64,000 nt of DNA from Smithellaceae bacterium (lineage in GTDB: Bacteria > Desulfobacterota > Syntrophia > Syntrophales > Smithellaceae), in contig CAXXVL010000002.1 of NCBI GenBank assembly GCA_963667845.2, positions 2,080,001 through 2,144,000 of the forward strand. Reading direction: 5' to 3'. The notes under the pieces were generated by a model. That model did not search any database. It was not told the origin of the DNA and saw only the letters and a program-made list of their open reading frames with translations. Positions 56,424 through 64,000 of this stretch are shown here, in pieces (position 1 is the stretch's first letter; each line of letters starts with the position of its first letter). A program made the translations under genes and the position numbers.

Positions 56424-57317
56424 ATGAAGAGAACAGTTTTCTGGGTAAATGTTATCCTCCTGTGCTTTTGTTTATCTCTATGCGCATCTGAGGGCGTTTC
56501 AGCAGCAACAATCGATGTGCTGATCAAGGGGATGGATGACGGCAAAAAAACCAGTCGTGACCGGGATTATGCAGAAGCCATAATGAATGCCAAGCTTCAA
56601 GCCATCGAAAGAGCCGGCGTCTCGATCAAATCCATGACCACGGTGGAAAACTTTCAGCTGAAATATGACATGATCGAATCAAAGGCCGCCGCCGTCCTGC
56701 TGCCGGGATTTCAAATCATAGATATGGGATATCAAAAGGACGGCACCTATCAGGTGGTTCTGGCCGGCAAGGTTCAGACGATGGAATCTTTACCGGAAGA
56801 AGGCAGCCTGTGGGGCAAGCTCCGCTCCACACCTCGAACCTTTGAAAAATTCAAGCAGGCACGCGATGTCTGGTCTCAGGCGTCGCTCGATGACATCGCA
56901 AACAACTATGTCAATAATGAGGATGGGACGGTGTCCGACCGCAAAACCGGTTTAATGTGGCATAAATCCTACGAGATCAAAGAAAATATTCGCGAAGTGC
57001 GCAATCACGTCGAATTGCTGAACAAGAATAAATTTGCCGGATATAGCGACTGGCGAATTCCCACGCTTGCCGAAATCGGGTCTCTTGTTGAAAGAAAGCC
57101 CGGAGGCAAACTGAATTCCGGCCGCCACAGCTACCTGGATGCGGTCTTTGATGTGCGTCCGTACTGCTGGTATCTATGGAGCGCCGACCGGCTGCCGGAA
57201 GGTTACATCCTGACGAACATCGGTGAAGCCGGAGGCGGCATTGCTCCGGCCGGCGACCATTACCAGGCGGACGGCGTTTGCGTCGCCTGCTTCAAGGCTG
57301 TCAGGTCATTAAAATGA
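56424..57317 (+). CDS. Exported DUF1566 (Lcl C-terminal) domain protein
   Basis: DGTVSDRKTGLMW, GYSDWRIPT; N-terminal AKLQAIERAGV is FlgT_N-like. Confidence 0.8.
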   Translation: MKRTVFWVNVILLCFCLSLCASEGVSAATIDVLIKGMDDGKKTSRDRDYAEAIMNAKLQAIERAGVSIKSMTTVENFQLKYDMIESKAAAVLLPGFQIIDMGYQKDGTYQVVLAGKVQTMESLPEEGSLWGKLRSTPRTFEKFKQARDVWSQASLDDIANNYVNNEDGTVSDRKTGLMWHKSYEIKENIREVRNHVELLNKNKFAGYSDWRIPTLAEIGSLVERKPGGKLNSGRHSYLDAVFDVRPYCWYLWSADRLPEGYILTNIGEAGGGIAPAGDHYQADGVCVACFKAVRSLK

Positions 57318-57506
57318 TCACGATGTTTGCGGGAAACGAGACGGGTAAGCTAATTTAATGTGTTTCAGACTGAAGTTAAATATTGCCGGTATTTCATGGA
57401 GGCGATGAAAACGGTGAATTTTCCTTTGACAAATTAATGCAATAATTGTTGCAATTATTATATTGCAATATTGCAGTTTTTTATTTGAATCACCGAAGAA
57501 TGCGCA

Positions 57507-58727
57507 ATGAAGAAAAAATCGACATCTATAATTTTGATCATTTTAATATTAATCTTCATTATAGGATGCGGCGGAAGAACAAAATGGGTCGTGACCGTCA
57601 AAACACATCCCGCTGATGCCAGTGTTTACGGAGATGATAAATTTATATGTAAAACGCCTTGTGATGTCCTGTTTGACAGGGATCCTATTCTGAGTGCTTC
57701 AAAGAATATTTATTCTCCAAACAAAATCACGATAAGAAAAGACGGCTATAAGGAAATTAACAGAAATTACACCACAGCATGGGATGTAGGAAGTGAAATA
57801 GGACCGGTCAGGGCAAACGTATCGCAAATATTGTCATTTAATTTAGAGCCGATAACATCTGGTATAGCAGAAAGTTCTTCACTGGCCAAAGAAGCTCCAG
57901 TCTCCCCGGTCCAGATCCCCGCAGCAGAACCATTGCTGAGGATCCAGGGCCAAAGATGGGCTGTTGTTATTGGAATTTCTAATTATAAAGACAGCCGGAT
58001 TGCTCCATTGCGCTATGCTTCAAAGGATGCAAGAAGTTTTTATGACTGGATCATATCAGGATCCGGAGGCAAGTATCCCCCTTCAAACGTAAGACTCATC
58101 GTTAACGAAGAAGCAACAGGACAAAACATGAGGGATGCTCTATATAATTGGCTTGCTAAAGCTTTAGCAGAAGATTTGGTCATTATCTACTTTGCCGGTC
58201 ATGGCAGCCCTCAATCGCCGGATCAGCCGAATAATCTATTCCTCCTTCCCTATGACACGCAATACGATAATATTGCCGCGAGCGGGTTTCCCATGTGGGA
58301 TATAGAAACCGCGCTCAAAAGGTTTATCAAAGCGAAGAAGGTTGTTGTCATTGCGGACGCGTGTCATTCCGGCGGCGTAGGACAATCTTTCGACATTGCC
58401 AGAAGAGCTGACAGGAGTATTGAAATCAATCCTATAAGCGTCGGTTTTCAGAACTTATCGCAGATAGGAGACGGCATCGCTGTGATCAGTGCCTCTGATG
58501 AAAAACAGTTTTCTCAGGAAAGCCAATCCTGGGGTGGTGGACACGGTGTATTTACCTATTTTCTCTTGAAGGGTCTCAATGGAGATGCCGACTACAGCAA
58601 GGACGGCAGAGTGACTCTCGGTGAGCTTATTCCCTATTTATCGGAGCAGGTAAGAAGAGAAACCAAAAACGCGCAGAGTCCAACCGTGGCAGGCAAATTC
58701 GACCCGGCATTGAGCATGGGTAGATAA
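57507..58727 (+). CDS. Lipoprotein with PEGA-like and caspase (peptidase C14) domains
   Basis: Lipobox IIGC; WAVVIGISNY, FAGHG, DACHSG, HGVFTY. Confidence 0.88.
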   Translation: MKKKSTSIILIILILIFIIGCGGRTKWVVTVKTHPADASVYGDDKFICKTPCDVLFDRDPILSASKNIYSPNKITIRKDGYKEINRNYTTAWDVGSEIGPVRANVSQILSFNLEPITSGIAESSSLAKEAPVSPVQIPAAEPLLRIQGQRWAVVIGISNYKDSRIAPLRYASKDARSFYDWIISGSGGKYPPSNVRLIVNEEATGQNMRDALYNWLAKALAEDLVIIYFAGHGSPQSPDQPNNLFLLPYDTQYDNIAASGFPMWDIETALKRFIKAKKVVVIADACHSGGVGQSFDIARRADRSIEINPISVGFQNLSQIGDGIAVISASDEKQFSQESQSWGGGHGVFTYFLLKGLNGDADYSKDGRVTLGELIPYLSEQVRRETKNAQSPTVAGKFDPALSMGR

Positions 58728-58814
58728 GTTTACCTGTTTTCAAGCGGCAATCCCTGTCCGGCCTAATCGTTTTGACTTGACCGAACAGGGTATAAGCAAC
58801 TTCAGACATTCCTT

Positions 58815-59612
58815 TTAATCAATCTTCATCTTATTGCGCACGGAGCTCATCTTCTCATCGACGATGCTTTCATACTCGCCGGCGATCCATCTTTTTTCAA
58901 TATCCCAGTACTCGGGGCTTTTCTTTTCATTGATGACCGAATTCGCCGCCATGGTCAGCATCAGCGCCTGGCCTTTCTGCGTGGTGATGTATTCACGCGG
59001 CAGCCCTGCCCAGTCGATAATAGTGTCCAGTTTTTTGCCGTTCAAATCTCTTTCGAAGGGTTCATAGTACAGACGGTCTTCGCGCGTATAGGTGCGCGGC
59101 GTGCTGCCCTCTGCCTTGTCCGGAACGCGGACCGTTGTGTGAGGACGGTATACAACGGCAAACAGGGTATAGCCTTTGCCGGTCGCCGTGTCGATGCTGG
59201 TTAAAATATAGTTTTCTGCGTCGTGGACTCCATAGCGGCGCAGAACTTTTTGAAAATATTCGGTGGCGTGTTTCATCCGCCGGAAGACTTCGCCCGTGTC
59301 GCCGCTTTTGTCCACCGCGCTGATTCTTTTCCCGTAGGCCGCTTCGTACGTGTCGTCAATGGTGATTTTGGCGTTGGCGGCAATCATTCCCTTATTGATG
59401 TCTTCCAGGCTGGTGGACATATAATAAGGTATGGCGGCAATGCCTTCCAGAAGACCTGCCGCAATCTGCAAGGGGGATAAAACGAATTGTGCAACCCCCA
59501 CAGCGGCCTTGCCGAATCCCCTCCCGACTTTCTTCGCACCTTCATTGTCGGTTGCGCAGGAAAAAACTGTAAGCAGGATGCATAAACCAAGAACGGGTAA
59601 TAATCTTTTCAT
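58815..59612 (-). CDS. Hypothetical lipoprotein
   Basis: Lipobox VFSC; AAGGAG RBS. Confidence 0.75.
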   Translation of the reverse strand: MKRLLPVLGLCILLTVFSCATDNEGAKKVGRGFGKAAVGVAQFVLSPLQIAAGLLEGIAAIPYYMSTSLEDINKGMIAANAKITIDDTYEAAYGKRISAVDKSGDTGEVFRRMKHATEYFQKVLRRYGVHDAENYILTSIDTATGKGYTLFAVVYRPHTTVRVPDKAEGSTPRTYTREDRLYYEPFERDLNGKKLDTIIDWAGLPREYITTQKGQALMLTMAANSVINEKKSPEYWDIEKRWIAGEYESIVDEKMSSVRNKMKID

Positions 59613-59639
59613 GACGGCGTCTCCTTAAAGGAAATGAAA

Positions 59640-60581
59640 TCACTTTTTGGTTTTCATTTGCAGGTATTGATTCATCTGAAGCGGATCGAGTTCGAGCCAA
59701 TCCACTTTTTTCAATAACGTCCATTCCGCATCCGTATAGGGGCGTTCCTTATTGTAAACAAAGACACCGACAAATTTCACTTTGCGGACATTCCTCCAGT
59801 AGTCGACAAGTTCCGGGTTTTTAAAGAAGATGTCATCCTGAATTAAAATGAAGTCCAGTGGATATTCCTTCTTGCCCAGGAAGCCGAGAAAGAATGTGAC
59901 TTTACTGATGGGGGTGATGTCGACGGAAGAATATTTGTAACTAAGGAACTGGAGCCCCCAATGATCGTTGAAAACCAATCCTCCGACCAGACATTCCGGA
60001 CAGGCGGTTTTGAGCGGGGCGATGTTGTCTGCAAAGAACGAAGAGGCGAGGACATGATCCTGGAAGCCGTAGGCCTTGATCATTTCGCCCACCCACCTGG
60101 CGAACGACTCGACGTTTTGGCCTTCTTCTTTCATATCCAGAGAAACGGTCGGTGTGATCCCTGCGGCTTTTTTCGCCTTGATCAGTTCGAATAAGTCCAC
60201 GACAGTCATGAAAGGTTGCGGGGGCAGGGCGGGATTGGCCGCATTTTGCGGTAATCGGGACAGATCATTGTATTTGTCGGAAAACGTGCCGGGAAGTCCC
60301 GTAGCGCGTTTCATCAAATAATCGTGGGAGACCAGACCGACCCGGTTTCCTTTGGCATCGACAAAGTCAATGATGTCCAGTTCAATATTCGGGTTGGCGG
60401 AATTAAGTGCTTTGGAGAGTGCGGCGCGGGAGTTTTCTTGAGCGAATGAGGGATCTCCCCGGTGCCAGGCGGCGCCCGGGAAGTTGAAAGCGGTGCTCTC
60501 CCGGCTCAGCAGGAGGACAAGAACGGATGCCAACACAAAAAGGACACCTGATTTGTTAACCGGATATTTGATGAATTTCAT
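59640..60581 (-). CDS. Glycerophosphodiester phosphodiesterase-family protein
   Basis: WHRG, ENS, IELD, VSHD, LDMK, SSF. Confidence 0.75.
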   Translation of the reverse strand: MKFIKYPVNKSGVLFVLASVLVLLLSRESTAFNFPGAAWHRGDPSFAQENSRAALSKALNSANPNIELDIIDFVDAKGNRVGLVSHDYLMKRATGLPGTFSDKYNDLSRLPQNAANPALPPQPFMTVVDLFELIKAKKAAGITPTVSLDMKEEGQNVESFARWVGEMIKAYGFQDHVLASSFFADNIAPLKTACPECLVGGLVFNDHWGLQFLSYKYSSVDITPISKVTFFLGFLGKKEYPLDFILIQDDIFFKNPELVDYWRNVRKVKFVGVFVYNKERPYTDAEWTLLKKVDWLELDPLQMNQYLQMKTKK

Positions 60582-61133
60582 TGATTTCTCCATTTCTGTT
60601 AAGATTGAAATAAACGATCCGGGATTTATTTTGCCGGGCATCTTGATTATAGAAGATATTTATTGAGAGAAGTTTTTAAACCAGTATCAGAGAAGAGTCA
60701 ATGAAAATGTCAGCCGCGGCGACGGGTCGCAAATCACTTATGTCCCTGCAAACAAAAGGCTTATTTGCTTGCCGATGACAATGCAGTTGCGGGAAAGGCA
60801 AAGGTGATATCGGCCCAATAAAATAGATGATCGTGTATTGGGAAATTGCCAGCAGGGGCGGCTGGCAGTGTGACGAAATGCCATCGGGCAACAAGCTTTT
60901 GAAACCCTGGCGGGCGATCGAAAGGGGGCATCTTCAATAGACGTATGTATATAATATTATTTATGCTTATAGAAATGACTTTCATGGAACTGTTGGTCAG
61001 AGAAAGTGATGACTTTTCGTTTTAAGTATGCTAAGCAAAAAATCTGTAAGAACTGGGCAAAGTATATAGCTGATATCCGAATCATTAGTCTATGGCATTG
61101 CCTGAAAAAATACTTAACATGAGGAGTAAAATT

Positions 61134-63002
61134 ATGGCATTAAATCCGTTACTTGATTCAAGAGACTTGAGGTTCGTTCTTTTTGAGGCCCTCGATGCGG
61201 ACAAATTCAACCAGTATGAGAAGTTTGCTGATTTTGATCGGGATACTTACGAAGCAACATTGGAACTGGCTGAACAGATTGCCGTTGAGCAGGTCTATCC
61301 GGCCAACGCTGAGGCTGACAAGACAGGAGCCAAGTACGATCCGGCGACGAAAACCGTGAAAGCTCCCGAAGGCTTCCATACAGCCATGAAAAGTTATCGG
61401 GAAGCGGGTTTTTCCGGCCTGAGCAATGGCGCTGAATTCGGCGGCACGGGCATGCCCGAGACGATTTACCGCGCCGTCATGGAATATTTCTGTGCGGCCG
61501 GCGTCGCTTTCAGTTCTTACGACACTCTGAAAGTCGGAGCCTGCAATCTGATCATCAATCACGGTTCCGACGAACTCAAAAAAATCTACGTGGAAAAGAT
61601 GGTTTCCGGGCAGTGGGGCGGTACAATGTGTCTGACGGAACCCTCCGCCGGCTCCGATGTCGGCGCGCTGAAAACCAGAGCCGTCAAACAGGCCGACGGT
61701 ACATACAAGATCACCGGTCAGAAAATTTTTATCACCGCCGGGGACAATGATCTGTATGAAAATATCATCCATCCGGTGCTGGCGAGGATTGATGGCGATC
61801 CTCCCGGAACACCCGGTATCTCCATTTTCGTAGTTCCTAAATTTCATGTCAATCCTGACGGTAGCGTCGGCAAGCCCAATGATATGACGACAACCGGCAT
61901 TGAACACAAAATGGGCATCAAGGGCTCGGCGACATGTTCCCTGTCCTTCGGCGACAATGACCAGTGCATCGGTTGGTTATTGGGGCAGGAACGCCAGGGA
62001 ATGAAGATTATGTTTCAGATGATGAACGAAGCCCGTCTGGATGTCTCTCAACAGGCGTTGGGGACCGCCAGTTCGGCCTATATGCACGCTGTGACCTATG
62101 CGAAAAACAGAATTCAGGGTGCAGATCCTGCCAAAAAAGGCGATTTCTCCTCTGTTCCGATTATCAAACATCCCGATGTCCGCAGGATGCTTCTGTGGAT
62201 GAAATCGCAGGTGGAAGCGATGAGAATGCTGACGTTACTTGCCGCATACTCCGCTGACATGGCGCACGTGAAGAAAGGCGAGGAAGCAAAGGAAGCAGGA
62301 GCGCTTCTTGACTTCCTGATCCCTCTTTGCAAGGCCGGCAATTCCGATCTGGCTTGGCTTGTGACCTCCGAAGCCATGCAGGTTTATGGCGGCTATGGTT
62401 ACTGCTCCGAATATCCTGTTGAACAACTGGCCCGAGACTGCAAGATCCTGGCGATCTACGAGGGTACCAATGGCATTCAGTCGATGGATCTGACGATGAG
62501 AAAACTGCTCATGAATCCTGATATGTTCAATTTCAAGGTTTTCAAAAAAAGAATCGCCGAAGCCTGCGAAAAAGCCAAGGGCATCGTTGATGAAAAGTAC
62601 ATAGCTGCCCTGAAGACGGCTATCGAACAGATGGATGCGACTGTTCAGAAACTCGCCGGACTAAGGGACCAGAAGAAAATTCTGGATATCCTGGCGGTCG
62701 CCCAACCGCTGCAGCAGGCCATGAGAATGGTTGCGCATGCGTGGATGCATCTGTGGTCCATGACGGTTGCCATTCCCAAACTGAAAGCAATTGCAGGCGA
62801 TATCGCGGGAGATAAGGTCGTTGCCACCGTGAAAGACAATGCGGAAGCGGCCTTCTATTATGGTAAAATCCTGTCCGATAAATTCTATCTGGGCACGGAA
62901 TTGAAGCATCTTACCGGCTATCTGGACTATATAACGGCAGGAGAACCCGCCTCAGTCAACGACTGTTTTGAAGAAATATTTACCGGTGCTATGCCTCAAT
63001 AG
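61134..63002 (+). CDS. Acyl-CoA dehydrogenase
   Basis: GTMCLTEPSAGSDVG, GQKIFIT, EHKMGI, QVYGGYGY, IYEGTNGIQ. Confidence 0.95.
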   Translation: MALNPLLDSRDLRFVLFEALDADKFNQYEKFADFDRDTYEATLELAEQIAVEQVYPANAEADKTGAKYDPATKTVKAPEGFHTAMKSYREAGFSGLSNGAEFGGTGMPETIYRAVMEYFCAAGVAFSSYDTLKVGACNLIINHGSDELKKIYVEKMVSGQWGGTMCLTEPSAGSDVGALKTRAVKQADGTYKITGQKIFITAGDNDLYENIIHPVLARIDGDPPGTPGISIFVVPKFHVNPDGSVGKPNDMTTTGIEHKMGIKGSATCSLSFGDNDQCIGWLLGQERQGMKIMFQMMNEARLDVSQQALGTASSAYMHAVTYAKNRIQGADPAKKGDFSSVPIIKHPDVRRMLLWMKSQVEAMRMLTLLAAYSADMAHVKKGEEAKEAGALLDFLIPLCKAGNSDLAWLVTSEAMQVYGGYGYCSEYPVEQLARDCKILAIYEGTNGIQSMDLTMRKLLMNPDMFNFKVFKKRIAEACEKAKGIVDEKYIAALKTAIEQMDATVQKLAGLRDQKKILDILAVAQPLQQAMRMVAHAWMHLWSMTVAIPKLKAIAGDIAGDKVVATVKDNAEAAFYYGKILSDKFYLGTELKHLTGYLDYITAGEPASVNDCFEEIFTGAMPQ

Positions 63003-63038
63003 GCCGCAGGGGTTCTAACCCTCGCTCAATGTGACCGG

Positions 63039-63073
63039 AAAAGCCCCTGAGACGAATACTCAGGGGCTTTTTT
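63039..63073 (+). terminator. Intrinsic terminator
   Basis: AAAAGCCCCTGAG-loop-CTCAGGGGCTTTTTT. Confidence 0.9.
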
Positions 63074-63424
63074 ACAAAAGAAGCTTTATGGTGGGTTATG
63101 ATAGAAAATGATCTTGGCGGAGCTTTTATGATGACTTAAGGAATTCATTAATTTTATGCATCAATTCATTAACAATATCGGATTGATCGAGTTGGGTGAC
63201 CTTGGTGCCGTTGCGGTACGGCTGGCTGATAAAAGCATTCTTTATATCAGATAGTTGAATTCATAATGATCGATGCTTTAAATAAGGTTGAAATATCAGT
63301 AAAATGTGCTCTCCATTATTCGAATTTGAAGAGTCTTTCTGTGAGATTCAAATTATGCAAGAGTCTATAATTATAAGACAAATTAAAATAAAGGAAATAT
63401 TTATCAAATAAAGATAATTTTTTC

Positions 63425-63642
63425 TTGACAGTTTTGGCCGGTGGGAGTAGAAGCTCACTTCTGTTCGTCAGAGATGTTCTTTTTAGCTTGGTTGAAGTTT
63501 TCAACATGTTCACCGATGGTTTTGCTCTTAGTTGTCGGATGATTCCTGGTTACTGACGGAAAAAAAATTGAAAATTAGTTCTTGACAATAAAATCAAATT
63601 GATTTATAAGTCAGGGCTCGTTTCAAGAAGGCTCTTTGGAAA
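63425..63642 (+). promoter_or_regulatory. Tandem rRNA promoters P1/P2 and boxA-like site
   Basis: TTGACA-17-TAGAAG (63425), TTGACA-17-TATAAG (63582), GCTCTTTG (63631). Confidence 0.75.
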
Positions 63643-63736
63643 TTGAATAGTGGGAAAATGAATTTGTGGGTCCTATTAATTTATTGAAATGTCAAGCGAG
63701 TTTAATAAGGAAGATTTATCTTCCTTTACAGGATTA

Positions 63737-64000
<264 letters not shown>

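Overview
64-kb chromosomal window from a GC-rich anaerobic deltaproteobacterium. The gene content and the 5' part of the 16S gene look Desulfobacterota/Syntrophales-like (inference, not a database match). Left: partial CotH kinase, TetR regulator, alkyl sulfatase, AmrB-AmrA fusion. About 6.6-11.9 kb: an AT-richer, decaying integron-like cassette array with no integrase. It has degenerate attC sites, a SIR2-NDT/TIR-like-HEPN gene, an RHH/RelE toxin-antitoxin pair and small ORFans. It is interleaved with an unusual HUH/Y1 (RAYT-type) transposase framed by perfect 22-bp inverted repeats, a 39-bp miniature copy of that element sitting inside an attC site, and two copies of its left end next to cassettes. 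About 17-28.8 kb: a type II FAS/PKS-like lipid cluster (FabA, 2 ACPs, B12 radical SAM, deacetylase, FabZ-like protein, paired radical SAMs, two intact ketosynthases, thioesterase, stand-alone PKS dehydratase, PlsY). Right: envelope genes (ComEA-like, beta-propeller, TamAB, CsgG/FlgT-like lipoproteins, PEGA-caspase), two atypical cyclase-fold proteins, mnmE-jag-yidC-yidD-rnpA-rpmH without an adjacent dnaA, an acyl-CoA dehydrogenase, and the start of an rRNA operon. No tRNA or CRISPR array was seen.
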